DNA of 64,000 nucleotides from the human T2T-CHM13v2.0 reference genome, Homo sapiens. The notes beneath the pieces are model-generated. The model saw only the letters and a program-made list of their open reading frames with translations, was not told the DNA's origin and ran no database searches. Of this stretch, positions 26,581-44,613 are shown in pieces (positions within the stretch are counted from its first letter, which is position 1; each line of letters starts with the position of its first letter). Location of the stretch: the NCBI RefSeq assembly GCF_009914755.1, contig NC_060936.1; one strand, 5' to 3'. The position numbers and the translations under genes are program-made.

Positions 26581-29004
26581 TATGAATATATAGGGAGTTT
26601 AGCTTTTGGTAAAATGATGCATTAACTTTGGAGAACATGCTCCACAGTAGTAACCATTACTCATTTTGAGCATTTTGCTCCAAAGTCAGAACATGTGTGA
26701 ATTTAGATTTTCTTGAAGCTCACATGCAAACTTCAGATTGGGTGGTGTGATGGCATGGACAGCTCTGGCCAGTTCACTTTATGTTGACTCTCAGATAAAA
26801 TAGAATCTTGATTTTGGCAGCCAGAGGTTTTACTCTTTTGACCCAAGGCTCTATCCATCCACGGATCCACCCACCCTTTCACCAAGGGTGGTAATAAAAG
26901 ACTCAATATTCACTTTTAAAACCAATTTCTCATTTTTGTGTGCCTGTAAACAAAAGGCATATATAATGAAAGTCACTATGATTCTTTTAAACTGTGTTTA
27001 TTGTTGCTTTCTAAAGAACAGCAGTAACAATAAGAAGTATATTATGTAAAAATGATTGGAAAATTAAAATGGAAACTGATAGAACACTACCAGGCAGGCT
27101 CCACGGTTGGGTTGACATTTCACTCTCACTTTTACAAACACCTAAAGAAGATTAAAATAAGTTTCTGAAATATAGTCTGGTTAAGCAACATTTTTGTGTC
27201 ATTTTAATGGTTAAAATTAGTGTAGACTCCATTGCAATGTCAACGAAGTGTTGTTAAGGAAAGGGACTAACAGTGCCGATTGGTGGCCTGGCACTGAGAA
27301 ATTGAACATAAAGCAATGCAAAACTAAACAGAAGTTCCAGGAATATAAATTTGGCTTAACCCTCCGATAAGCCAACTTCTTAGCCTGGAACATGGCTTCT
27401 TATGGCAAACCATCCATTCTTAATATAAGACAATGATGTTTGAATAAAATAAACTTTTATGGATTAGCTGTCATTTAAGTGGTTGTTTATAATTTAATTC
27501 TTTCTATGAAAAACATTTTTTTCCTTTCTGTCAAAACTAAAACCATTACTTCAACCCTAAACACATAAATTTTGTTTTTTAAATGTCACTGCAAACAATG
27601 TCACAGTAACCTTATGAGTCCAAGCTGAATCAAAATTATTTTTAAAAAAATTTAAATAGAACAATGATTATATTGCTTCTTGCATTTCCAATATAAGGTA
27701 ACGATGTATAGCCATCCAAATAGAACTCACTATGACTCAATGGATCTACTTTTATGACAGACACTTCTTTCTAAATGTACTATGCATATTGAGTACTATG
27801 ACAGAGCAGGAAGTTGCTCAATAACAAATAGTTTTGGAGTTGAACATTCTATATGTAGAGTTTACTTTCATAGCTCTAATCTTAACCTTAACAATAGAAT
27901 AATAATTCCAGAGTTAACCATTAAATAGATCTTAAAGGTATAAAAGATCCACTAACTTTACACCATAAATTATGAGGTACAGACTTCTTTAACTATATAC
28001 TTGTTACTGGTCTAATAAAATCTACTTCAGAGATGGAGAAAATTCCTGGAACAGCATCCTTCTTTGCTGCTGTGTTCATTTTACTCATTGCAATAAAACA
28101 ACTCTCATTTTGAAAGGCTTTGAATAGAAACCTCATATAAACTCTTCTCTATTCCATTATGTTCTCTACCTCTTACTCTAAGAAATATTTTATTTATTTT
28201 GGCAGGCAACTCCAGTCATGCAGATAGGTAAAGTGGTAGGATATTGACCATGGAGGTAGGATATTATTGGAGAAGTGATAAGGCAACAAATCCCTTTCAA
28301 AAACATCTTCCCTTCCTACAAAACATACCACTGATAATTTCACTAATATTGTACTGTACTCCTGGCCATTTTAGAATCAGAATCAGAAAATAATTTCTGA
28401 AGAAAAAATTTAATTAACTCAATTTCCTTATTCAACAAATAGGGAAATTAAGTGTTAGAGATATTCAATTATCTGGCTAAAGTCAACTAACCACACAAAT
28501 AATAATAGATATAGGACTGCAGGCTGTCTTCTGATTCCTCATCAGTATTCTTTTGCTTCATTAAGCTTTCTTTAGCATAAGTCACCAAAAAATGCTTAGC
28601 TTGAGTTAGTGATTTTAGCTTCTTCTTCCAGTTTTTTGTCTACCTAATCCAAAGCATATACCCTGGTACAAGCAGGCTGTATTAATAATTTGCACATACT
28701 TTGCCTTGGCTTGTAATGAAAAAACTATGACAAACATTATCATCCATACATTTTTGATCCATAAGCTGGAGCTGCCCTGAATGACCTTTAGGCTGAGATG
28801 GGGGTCATTGTTACCTCAGCAAAAGTCAGGGACAAATTTCATGTAATCTTTCTAAGGGAATAATATTCTCTGTAGGTAAGCTTCCTGCAGAACACATGTC
28901 TGAGGATTTAGTCCTCTACCAGGTGTTTTCCATAAGCACTGGGATGTTCCTGATAACAACCCCAAGATGGAAATCATGGGGTTTTCATGAGACAGGCCTT
29001 GTTT

Positions 29005-29005
29005 A

Positions 29006-29046
<41 letters not shown>
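29005..29046 (+). repeat. (CA)n microsatellite
   Basis: Directly visible. Confidence 0.95.
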
Positions 29047-29048
<2 letters not shown>

Positions 29049-30989
29049 CAATTCCAGAGGACACACATGGAACTGTTGGAAACGGAACTTAGAATTGTTA
29101 GAGATCCCTTCATGACACACATCGCAGTGGTTGCCACACCTCACACATATACACACAATGTGGTCTCCCACTGGACCTCCCAGTTTAGTCCCAATAATTC
29201 AAGTTAAGTTCATCCCCTGTTGGCAGTCAGTTTCAAGTAGCCCTGCTTGCTGATGCCAATTCATCTATTCCACAAGGTGTAGGCATCAGGAAATGTCCTT
29301 CGAGGAAAGAGCAGGAGCTGGAGCCATCCCCTGGCCTCTCACTGTAGAAGACTTCAGAAAAGGGATGGTTTGAATTTAAGGTGTTTGCAGCAGCTTGGAA
29401 AGTAGCGTGGGATAAATGGCCCACAACAGCAACCTAAAGAGCTGTGCAGGTGGTTTCCTCCTGGGAGGAAGGCTCCAGAAGCCATTTCTGAAAGACAAGT
29501 ATCATTAAATCCCCTGCCTCTACTGCCCCAGGAGCCTAATGTGTTTCCTCCTCAGGTGCCCTGGATTTTGCCATTCTTTGTTACAAAGTCTTCAGGCTCA
29601 ATTTCATTAACCATAACTACATTTTTTTCTGTCATTCCCTACTGAACTTTTCATCAAAAAGTCGATGCAAAAGAAAAAACAAAAGGAGTTTCACAGAAAC
29701 TTTTTCATGCAATCTAAACATATTTAAGTCCAAATCTCCAAAGCCCCCTTTTCAGCCAGGTCGATATGGGGTTACCTTTAGGAGAAAGATAGTCACATCG
29801 TTCTGCCAAGGGGAATGCTCTGAGGGAAATTCTGAAATTTATAGTGTTTCTAATTAATCTAAACCATTCTTCATCTTTTTTGTTCAAATCATAACCTAAT
29901 TTTAAAAAAAAAGCCTGGTGAGATCAGCCCTATTATATGCCGTTGCTTTTTATAATTTATCTCTAATCTTATAAACAATCCTGCACTATTACACCAGCTG
30001 TATAATGATGAAATTGAAGTTCAGGAAGGTTTAGCGACTTTTCCAACGACGTATAGGTAGCAGGTGGTACCAGTATGAACTTAGTTTTGACTGTACCCAA
30101 ACGTGGTATACATTACACTTCAAAAATCTTTAAGCTGCTCCATAGAGTGGATTAGGTTCAGAAGAAAAGAGTGTGTGAAGAAGTAGGGGCTGATTACAAA
30201 AAGGTGAAAAGAGCACATTCTAAACTTTCCACCCCTGTTTGAACTAGATCACCTCCTCCTTGATGATAGATATATAATAGATAGGTGGATAGATGGATTC
30301 TGAAGAACATTTTGTTTGAATAGATGTTTAAGAACTAGACAGATTAAGTAAGCTAAGTAACTACAAGGTAACTAAGTAGACTTTTAAGAACTTTTTGTTT
30401 TGGTAGATTTTTTAAAGAAAAAAAAAACACTAAGCTTCACTGCAGTATCTGCTTAAAAACAAAAAGGTGAAGATGCTCCCATGTCAAACTTCATGTACCT
30501 CAATAGGCCAAAAACATTCACCCACTATATACTTGAAATTTTCATTAGTGTTCCTAAAGATTGATTAGAAGACAGAATTTTGAAGAAAGAATCATCTATA
30601 AGTATGTGCATGGACCATTTAACCCAAAGTCTCTTTATGTATCAGTTGAGGAATTTCTCGAGAAAAGCAGCATTTATATTTACTATAGTTATGATTACAC
30701 ATCTATAGAGGCAACATGTGTAACAATGAAAATCCAGTATTGCCATATGTATTGACAACCTCCTTCAGGATAAGCCCTTTATTAGGCCTTGTAATAGATA
30801 GAAAAAAAATAGAAGTCATTGTCGTATGACTAAATCTGGCCCTATTAAAACATGGGTTGAGTTGCAACCTATGATAAGAGAACTACTTCATAAACATATA
30901 AACTCAGGTTTGAGGGTCATAGTAGTAAGAAGTAATGATGGTATAGGTAGTGACATTAGTATTATTAGCAATTACAGTAACAGTCAACA

Positions 30990-31235
30990 TTGTCAATGGT
31001 TTACCTGTGTTAAGCAATGTAATAAAAAGTTTTTATGCATAAAGCTGACTCATTTAATTTCCACTTTAATTCTCAATTCTCAACTTCAGTTTTAGAAATA
31101 CAGTATTAAATATAAAGAAACTAAAACTGAAAAGGTTAAACAGATTGCTAGTAAGTTAAGCAACAACTTCTTACTAACAGACAAGCATTCAGGTGCAGAC
31201 CTCTCTGACTCTAGAGTCTGTGCATTTATACTACA
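30990..31235. mobile_element. MIR fragment
   Basis: aaagaaactaaaactgaaaaggttaaacagattgc...ctctctgactctagagtctgtgc resembles the MIR core. Confidence 0.55.
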
Positions 31236-31309
31236 GTTGCTCAGAGAAGACATCTGAGAAAGCCTATTAGGAAGAAACAGGATAAGATATCTAGGATAAG
31301 GTGAGTCCT

Positions 31310-35182
<3,873 letters not shown>

Positions 35183-37030
35183 AAAATAAGAGACATTAAC
35201 CTCAAATATATCCTGGTGAAATCAACTTAAACTGCAATTTGACCATGAATAACAGAAAAGGCTCAGTAGCTATTTTGTAATTGCTATTTCAATATAGTTT
35301 CACTGATTTTCATATTTTGATTTTAGAAAATGTCTCCATTAGACTCCTTTCTTTATGTAAACAACTTTTTTGAAATAACTTCTCTTGTTTATATCTAAAA
35401 AGGTCAAGTTAAATTGAATGGAAATCAAAGTTTTCCATATCTATCTTCAAACTCAGAATGGAACAGGTTATAGTTGATCCTGGACACTCTGTCACAAAGA
35501 AATCACTTAAATCATCTTCTGAAGCCCATCGAGATGTGAATTAACCAGCTATTCCCAAGAGAGCTGATTACTGGCTTGTCAACTTCAAACACTTAATCAG
35601 CAATTTCTTGGGCTGACCCCTCTTAGACACCTAGAATCTAAGAAAATAAATATAAAAATAACAAAAGTTTTTTAAATGTGTCATATCTTAGCATCAATTA
35701 AGGAAAATATCAGCATATTTAATGCTGGACCTTTTGAAAGGTGTTGAATAGATTTAGTATCAAAATAAATTATTAATTTTGGAATAAAGAAATTCATGGC
35801 TATAATACCATTGAGAATTATACTGTGCTGTTTCCGTGCTGATCTTGTGTTTCCTGCCCTATTCCTCCATCTGGTCCTTTTTACACTATTCTATACAATT
35901 CTATCTACTATGTAATTATCTGCTGTGATCACAATCATAGTACAAAACGATATGAACTCCACTTATCCTGCGAGGCACAGAGGATCACACCCTGCTAAAG
36001 AAGAAACTTTGGAAAAGATAGGCCACATTGTTAAATAAAGGACATAGAAAAGGAGGACTTGGGTAATTTTGCAAATATTGAGATAAAATGTAATATTTAT
36101 GATGCTATATAAAGCATTAATATTTGCAAGCTAATAGGAGATACATATAATAATCTGTTCATGCAATACTTGGCACATATTGCCTTTTGATTTGCTAGAT
36201 AAATTCCTTTGCCTATATAAAAAGCAGATTGATAGAAAAATCAATGCTTACAATTCAGAATGTTTGTCCATAGGATTTTTATCTCATGGTTTATCTAGTA
36301 TTATAACTCACTGTTTGTTCTGTGCATGGAGACTTAGTACATGTTGTGTGTCCTTCAACAGTCACACCTGTTTCTTACAGTTTTGAAAGATATCTCAATT
36401 TGAGGTGCATTTCCCTCAGGGTGAATCCACTACATTGCCTAAAATTTAAGTCAGACCATTTGAAACATACCATCTACATATAATGAACAAAAATCTATTT
36501 TCATGTATTTTAGCAGAAAAACAATAAGACAAAAAATTATTTGTAAACATATTAGGCTAATATCAAAATCTAAGGAGAATAAGAATAATGTACCAACTGG
36601 TCTACCTCCTGCACATTATGGCGGGTAGGCAAGAAGAATAAAGCACCTTATAAACACAATAGACATCCCAGGAGATCCTAACGGTATGGTTAGGTATCCT
36701 ATAAAGGAGAGCATTCTTAGAGAAAAAAAAAGTATTCCAAGCTGCAACCTGTGATCTACTTCCTGACTGAGCTTTCCTTACTCAGTTAGTCTATGTATGT
36801 AGAAGAGATTCAGTAGCTGTTTGTAGTCATTTGCTAGGGCTGCCTTAAGAAAATGCTACAGACTGGGTGGCTTAAACAAAAGATTAACGTTTTCACCATT
36901 CTGGAGAGTACGAATCTGAGACCAAGGTGTCAACTGGGTTGATTTATTCCAAGGCCTTACCCTTCAACCTGTGGGCAACCACCTTTCATCTGTGTGTTCA
37001 TATGATCTTCTGTGGGTCTGTTTAATCTCC

Positions 37031-37201
37031 TTTTTTAATTTTTTTTTGAGACAGTGTCTTACTCACCCAGGCTGGAGTGCAGGAGTGCAGTGGCATGATC
37101 ACAGCTCACTGCAGCCTTGACCACCTGAGCTCAAGTGATCCTCCCACCTCAGGCTCCCTAGTAGCTACGATAACAGGCATGTGCCACAATGCACAGCTAA
37201 T

Positions 37202-37242
<41 letters not shown>

Positions 37243-37345
37243 TTTTTGTAGAGACAGGGTTGGTCTCAAACTTCTGGACTTAAGCGATCCACCTTCCTCA
37301 GCCTTCTAAAGAGCTCAGAATACAGGCGTGAGCCACCACAGCCAA
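37031..37345 (-). mobile_element. AluJ with (TG)n expansion in the inter-arm linker (37206-37240)
   Basis: Antisense Alu arms with ctcctttt repeated on both sides. Confidence 0.9.
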
Positions 37346-37485
37346 CCTCCTTTTAAGGACAACAGTCACATTGGATCACAGTGCACCCTAATTTTACCTT
37401 AATTATCTCTTTAAAGGCCCCATCTCCAAATACAGTCACATTCTTAGTACTGAGAGTTAGGGCTTCAACATATGAATTTGAGAGA

Positions 37486-37740
37486 TAATATGGTTTGGCT
37501 GTTTCCCCACCCAAATCTCATCTTGAACTGTAGTTCCATAAGAGGCTTTTTCCCACTTTTCACTCTGCACTTCTCCTTCCTGCCATTATGTGAAGGAGGA
37601 CGTATTTGTTTCCCCTTCCACCATGACTAAGTTTCCTGAGGTCTCCATAGCACTGCAGAACTGTGAGTCAATTAAACTTCTTTCCTTTGTAAGTTACCCA
37701 ATCTCAGGCAGTCCTTTATAGCAGCATGAGAATGGATTAA
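37486..37740 (+). mobile_element. THE1 solo LTR with internal deletion
   Basis: atatggtttggctgtttccccacccaaatctcatcttgaa ... ctgtgagtcaattaaac ... ctttatagcagcatgagaatgga. Confidence 0.85.
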
Positions 37741-37818
37741 GGGGAGACACTATTCGGCCCACAACATCATTCAATGTGATACCCCATCCTGATATTACAC
37801 AGAAGCCATCCTGTCTAT

Positions 37819-37863
37819 CACACACACAAACACACATGCACACACACACACACACACACACAC
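37819..37863 (+). repeat. (CA)n microsatellite
   Basis: Directly visible. Confidence 0.92.
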
Positions 37864-37977
37864 GAGTCTTTTAGGCTATTCAGCTATGTTTCACTCCAAG
37901 TTTTATAAATAGTACACATAGTATATACTACTATTAACAAGTAGTACATAGTAAATATTGAATGAAGAACACAACAA

Positions 37978-38119
37978 ATTTGGTGAATGATTTTATTTCT
38001 TTCAGTAAGTATTTAATATTTTTGTTAATGTTTGTGAATTTCTCCCTCATTTGGTGAATGATTTTATTTCTTTCAGTAAGTATTTAATATTTTTGTTAAT
38101 GTTTGTGAATTTCTCCATC
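37978..38119 (+). repeat. 71-bp tandem duplication (2 copies, 1 mismatch)
   Basis: 37978-38048 equals 38049-38119 except ccctc/ccatc near the unit end. Confidence 0.97.
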
Positions 38120-38199
38120 ATTGGATTGTTAACAAACTTGGAGAATTTGTGAAGTTGTAGAGAAAGCAAGATGAAACAGAGAATAATTATTATAATCAT

Positions 38200-39102
38200 C
38201 ATCTCAGCCATATTGAATTTACCCCCAAAACTAAATTACATTAAATATATAAGCCAAAACAAAACTGTTAATCTCCTCTTTCTCCAAAATTTGGCCTTAC
38301 TTCTATCTTCCCCTTAGAAAACAGATCCACCACTTTTATTAAACCAAAAACCTGAGCTGTCCCTGAATCCTTTCATTCACAAAACACCCACATTCATTTT
38401 GTTAGCAAGTTTCACCAGCTCCACTTCCAAAATATATCCCAAATCAATTCACTTTACATCCACTTTACTGTCTCTTATTTCTACCACTCTTGTCCAGGCC
38501 ACCATCTTTTATCACATGGATTATTCTAATAGCTCTCCCCACCTCTAAATGCCTTCTTTACTCAGGAGCTGAGGTAATCTGGCTAAATGTTAATCAGATA
38601 ACATAACTCTCCTATTTAAAGCTTCCTAGTGTCTTAGAATTAAATCCATACACACTTAAAAAGAATATCATGACCTGGCCTCTGCCTACCTTGTAGGACT
38701 TACCTTCCACCACATGCTCCAATCATATTTTTCTTTCTATTACCTACTATGTAGGGTTTGCCTTAGAGTCTTAGTTTCTGACAGATAGAACAGGTCTACT
38801 AACTGTTCTCTTTGATTAGAAACTTCTTCTGTTTAATATGGGTATCACTGAAATGTCACCTCCTCCAAGAAGTCTTTCTTATTCTCGTCTCAAGTGGCCT
38901 CCAAATCACTCTCTATTACCCTATTTTAATTTTGTGTATAGTGCTTACAGTTGTCTAGTATTTTTCTTATTTATTTTTATTTTTTCTCTCTATGCCTTAC
39001 ATGAGAATTTTGACCTTGACTGTCTTGATTGATGCTTTAGCTCCAGAACATAAAAAAATGCATGATAGAGTGGTACTCAATAAATATTTATAAAATAAAT
39101 GA
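38200..39102 (+). mobile_element. L2 3' fragment
   Basis: ccacttccaaaatatatccc, gtccaggccaccatc, ends gtactcaataaatatttataaaataaatga. Confidence 0.75.
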
Positions 39103-42100
39103 GTTACCATCTGCTCTTTAGAATGACAACATGGGATTCTTGACCTTACATGATGGTCATCAAAATTCACCCTATAACTTTGTTTCTATAGCTGCTCTTA
39201 AGATTCCTGAGATCACTGAAAGAAATGAACAGGACCAATTGTGCTTATCTATTTCTTTTTACTCTTCAGTCAATGCTTTGCAACAAAGACAATGACTATG
39301 ATATCTGACCCTCAGGAGCTCTGATGAGAATCTACTCTTGCCCAATTCACTAACCTAGTCACTAATGACTTTTGGCAGCACAGGCAAGAGCTCTAAAAGA
39401 AAGCAAAAATCAGGAAATTACTCCCAGCACATTTTGAATATTTATGAACTCCTGCTCATGGAAGTAACTATTAGTGGCTCAATGTCATGAAAAATAACTT
39501 TCTATACAAAACATAGGTAAAAATCAATTCCAAAATGGCATAAAATGCTTTTGCTATCTTGACTTCTTACAATCATATCTACTAGAAGTTTTTGACTACA
39601 GTATAATATTATATTAATAAGTTTGAGTTAGTGAGAGAGAGAAACTCATTGCTTTCTAATTCTATCAAATTCTGCACAGTTGCTTAGATTTACTCCTTTA
39701 GAGAATTGTAAGGAATCAACAGATTTTTTTTACTTTCCCTGGGGATAAAGTATGACAAACTTCATCAGACTAAGAGAAAATAGTGACCATACCCTCTCCA
39801 GTAATCACCAACTTCTTTTTGGGATATGGCAGAACATAAGGAACACTTTGAGAAGCAGGGAAAAATTAACTTTTAATGTATTTGGGCAACAACATTTAAG
39901 GTCATCTGAATTAGCCGGACATATTGTTCAAGGAACAGCTGGTGGTTTTTAATTAGTGCTTAGTTTAGAAGTACAAAGTTGAATGTGCCTTAGTTTTGTT
40001 GGTCCTTTTCGAACTGATAAATCATTTCCTGTCTGCAGTGAGTTGGTTTAGTTTTGTCTTACTATAGATATAACCGTGCATTTTTCTCCCAACTGAGCTA
40101 TGGATCAATAAAAGTTTATAAAAATCTTTGTTTTTAGGCTTAAAATATGATCTTAAAGACTACACTGTAGACCACTCAGCTTTTATTGACTATCCTGCTG
40201 ACATTTTTAGTAATGAATCCTCATCCATTTTTGGCTTTGCCTTTCTATTCCTTAGTCACAGTCCACGTCTCCCTTAAAGTGTTATTTCTTTTTCTAATTC
40301 CCCATTCCCCTCACCGACAGTCACGGTCACAGATCTTTTACCAGAAAACGTATGAGCTGAGAAACATTCTGTATTTATCACACAGATGCCAAAAGAATAG
40401 ATATTCCTTGATAAGAAAAAACATTAAAGTGTCATTTTCTAAGAAGTTCTTGGATTATAAAGCCTAATATATATGTAAGAAAAATAATTTGTCATTATAG
40501 TTATTCATTAAAGCTTCCTTAGTCAAACAAGCATCATGAAATTTATAGATGATACTGAGTTATTTTGTTCAGTTATCCAGCTAGAAATTTGCTCCCCAAA
40601 GATGACTCTTCAGATTGCAAATACTAATTGGCTTTCAGTGGGTAACAGTGAGTATGCATAGTTACACATTTAAGTAAAGAAGCCAGGCAACTGGACTCCC
40701 CACTGCTTAACAATGGTCTTGTGTCTAATTCAAAAGTACTGCTTGACAGGAAAATCCTTATTGTCATGATTGCTCATGGTTGACCATGTTTTTCTAACAA
40801 TGTTAGCTATTCACCTGAGGGCATCTTATTTCACACAAAGAGCAATGACTCACAGGAACTGGGAAGAAAAAGAAAACTGACCAATTTCCTGAATACCTCT
40901 CCTACTGCTATATAATTAGCATTTGGCTATATGTATCATTTTAGTTTTAGATGACATTTTAGGGAACACTATTAAATAATAACAGGTAGCTAAAAGGAGG
41001 TGGCCCGTAATCATGCTAAGAATAGAAGAGAAGTGTAATGCAAAGTCAAAAAGTTGAACAATTTGATTTGAAACCTGGCCCTGACATGTATTAACTATAT
41101 TTCATTTTGAAAACTGCATAATCTGAGTTTTAATCTCCTGATTAGTAGATAGTAAGTATGCTTACTTTACTGAGTTCTTAAAATGATAAATGAAATAAAT
41201 AAGGAATATATGGCATTTTGCAGAGTTTGTTTCACATTATATAAATAAGAATTTTCTATCATTATCATGTATGTTGAGTAACTTGATTAACAGTTCACCA
41301 AACCATTTCATCCTATGAGAAAGGAAACAGACATAGAGGATTAAATAATTTGTCCAGATTACAACTAGTTAGTAACAGCCAAAAATAAAAGCCATGTTTC
41401 TAAATTTCAGAGCTGTATTCTTTCCATAGCTATGACTCCTTCCTCTGACATTTCTGACATTGCTCCATGGAGTTAATCAGACAATTTAACTTTAGAGTTA
41501 GAATCGTCAATTAACTCACTGACAACCTCATGCAGCTGGTGAAGTGGGGGGTCATTCTGAAGAAGAAAGCGTTTATGTATTGAAATAAGGAGACATGGAT
41601 AATCTGTTTTCATGATCAGAAGAACAGACTCGTTCCAGAAAATCAAAATGCTTTTAAATCAAGATGTTTTTAATGGATCCTATTTTTATGTTGTTGCCGT
41701 TTCTAAGGGAGGGTCTGGAAATCAGAAATGGTTGCTGTTGGCAGCTATGAGGATTGGGTGTGTAGCTGCTACTGACATTATAGGAGACAGAATAAGTTTT
41801 GTTAGGAAGAATAAATCCAGCTAGCTAGCACTGTAGCTAGCAATAATTATGTACATGTAGTGATAGTACACACATAACTGAAATGGATGTTTAATGATGT
41901 GCTAGCAAGTCAACTAAACCTTTTAATGGATCTTGTTATGGGTGAGTTGATATAAATGGGGATATCTTGAAGTAAAAGCAAGTAGAAGCAGCTCATAGAA
42001 AGGGATATTAATTATTTTCTTGTAGAGGGACATCTTTTTAGTCTTTTTCTCTTACCTCCTCTCCCCCCTCCCCACCGCCCACATACACATAAAAAAGTAT

Positions 42101-43982
42101 TTCTAAAGGAAAGAAATAATATTTAGATTAGTATAAAAATAGCCCAGATATCACAGGTGAAGAGGAAAAATAACTAAGTAAATGACACAGAAAGTAACCA
42201 TCAGAAAGCCAACGCAGGCAGCACAAAGAAAAACAATGAGTTTAGTGGCACAGAAAGAAAGAAATCCGAGTAGAGAGAAAGAAAGAAAGCCAAAGAGGCA
42301 CAATAGTATAGTGAAGAATAGAAAGTAAGGACACTGGAGGAAAAAAAACAGATGACAATTAATGCTAGAGAGAGGAGACTGAGTTGAAAGCAGCAGCAGA
42401 ACACCCAGATGGAAGCCAATCCGTGAGCTCATTTTAGAGCATCTTTCTCCTTCGGTCATAGTAACTCTCCTCCTTTATGCACCTTCTCTGCAAATACCTG
42501 AAATATGAGGTAGCTATGACCTGCCAGGTCCTCTTGTTAAGAGGTTCTCAAAATAGATATCTCATTTATGAAAAAAGCAGATTTCATATAGATGCTGAAG
42601 TTCCTAATATCAGCAGAATCCCATTATTTTTGGACATAGTTAAAAACAGAGAGGGAGCCCACCTGTTTCTGTAACGGTCAGTGAAGCTATTCAGATCACT
42701 CATGCCACGTCACAGAAATATATAGCTAGACAAACATTTTTAATTAAAAAAAATTAAATCTTTCATAAAAGCATTATGGAAAGGCAGTAAGGAAGAGCCA
42801 AGCCAAAAGTGAAGAGAAAACAAGGACCCAGACTGAGAGGCAAACACTGAAGCCACTTTTGCCCTGAGAGCATTTGCTGATAATATAAAATTAGACTCCT
42901 AGTTTTGTCCATTTTGTGAGGTGAGAGCAATGTAACTTAGAATTCAGAACCAGCATAAAATATATTTTAGCAGATTTAGATTTGAGCATCTCTACTCCAA
43001 GCTGGGATTCCCTAAAGGTTGTGCCATCAAGGTTAAGGAGAACAGAAATTGAGGCAGTTATTACATGGGGAATTTGATCCCAGGCTTAACTTTCTTGGAT
43101 CAGGGAATTTCAAAACCTAAACTTGGTTTAAGAAGTTACTGACTAGTAATGTGCTTTGGTGCTTGACAGAACCAAATGATATCTCCTTTAGAGGAAGCTG
43201 TCTACATAATCACAAATCAATCTTGCAATTTTTCACATGCAATATTGAATATATATTCAACGATAATAGGGAACACAAGAAACTGGATTCTGTAAGTTCA
43301 AACGAGAACAAAAATGAAAGAATTCGAACCAAAGAGACTTGAAAAACTAGAATTATCAAATGCAGATGATAAAGCAACAATGTATACAAAGAAATAAATG
43401 TATTTGTTTGGCAGTCTTGAAATTTTAATTAATACATAACTATCATGAGAGCTTTTTTAACAAATTTAAGATGCAAGGAAAAAATAAAAAAGGAAATTAA
43501 TTATCCCTAACATATATAAAGTAGCATGTATGAATATGTATATATTACAATGATTTAAAATGCAGTCCTGTTCCTGGAAAAATATTAACATAATATCTTT
43601 AGACAAATTACTTAGGAAAACAGCTTTAAATCAACAGGTTTTACTTATGGTATGGGAGGGTTGTTGGCGAGATATCTATACAACTGAGTATATATAGCAG
43701 TGAGAATGAAACAATGATCTAAATTTCTGTTAATAAAGATTGATAATTGGTCAGATATTTATTGCTTAAAGCCAAAATTCTAGCTATCTTTTTCTAAGGG
43801 TACCTTATTGAATTTTCTAAGGCTCACTTTTAAAAAGGGCATAAGTGGGAACTATGGATAGATATAGGGATAATTTTGGAATAAATATAATACAATCTTG
43901 AGCATGTAGAGACCCTCTAATTAGACAACGGATCTGTCTACATGTAATGATAATTCTGTCTAGAGTCATGCTTCTTAAACTC

Positions 43983-44266
43983 TGAGACAGGATCCCACTC
44001 TGTCACCCAGGATGGAGTACAGTGGCATGATCATGGCTCACTGCAGCCTTAGCCTCCCAAGTTCAATTGATCCTCCTGTCTTAGCCTCCTGAGTAACTGG
44101 GACCATGGGTGTGCACCACCATGCTTGGCCAAATTTTTTATTATTTGTAGAGATAGAGGTCTCACCATGTTTCCCAAGCTGGTCTTGAATTCTTGGGCTT
44201 ACACAATCCTCCCACGTTGGCCTCTCAAAGCGCTGAGATTACAGGTGTGAACCACTGCACTCAGTC
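43983..44266 (-). mobile_element. AluJ lacking an A tail, inserted in a MER5-type element
   Basis: Antisense Alu starts directly at tgagacagg. Degenerate TSD cttcttaaactct / tttcttatacttt. Confidence 0.88.
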
Positions 44267-44613
44267 TTTCTTATACTTTAATGTGTACATGAATCACCTG
44301 TGTATCTTGTTAAACTACAGATTTTAATTCATTAGGTCTGGAGTAAGCCTGAGAGTCTACATTTTCTAATGAGCTTCAGGTGACGCTGATGCTGGTGGTT
44401 TTGACTAACAAGCAATGGTTCTTCAACTTTAGTCTTCATTAGAATCGCCTAGAGGCTTCTTGAACTAGAGTTCTGGTCTCCACCCACAGAATTTTTGACT
44501 CAGTGGCTCTAAGTTGGAGCCTGAGTTTTCTTCATTTCTCAAAAAAAAAAAAAAAAAAAATCCCTGGTAGCGCTAATACTGCTGGTCCAGGTGCTGGATT
44601 TTGAGATCCACCA
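44267..44613. mobile_element. MER5A/MER5B (hAT-Charlie) MITE remnants
   Basis: gaatcacctg...cttgttaaactacagatt...aggtgacgctgatgctg and caatggttcttcaac...ctgctggtccagg...tttgagatccac. Confidence 0.7.

Larger units (their letters stand above)
36822..37766 (-). mobile_element. MLT1A/B MaLR LTR interrupted by an Alu and a THE1 LTR
   Basis: ctagggctgcc...cagactgggtggcttaaacaa ... ccccatctccaaatacagtcacatt ... cactattcggcccacaaca. Confidence 0.85.

Noticed and set aside
26348-26638. Ser/Leu-rich 96-aa ORF
   Set aside because: Translation of the GA-rich repeat.
37995-38012. tttctttcagtaagt resembling a recursive splice site, present twice
   Set aside because: The AG and GT share one G (CAGTAAGT rather than AG|GT), and nothing supports an exon here.
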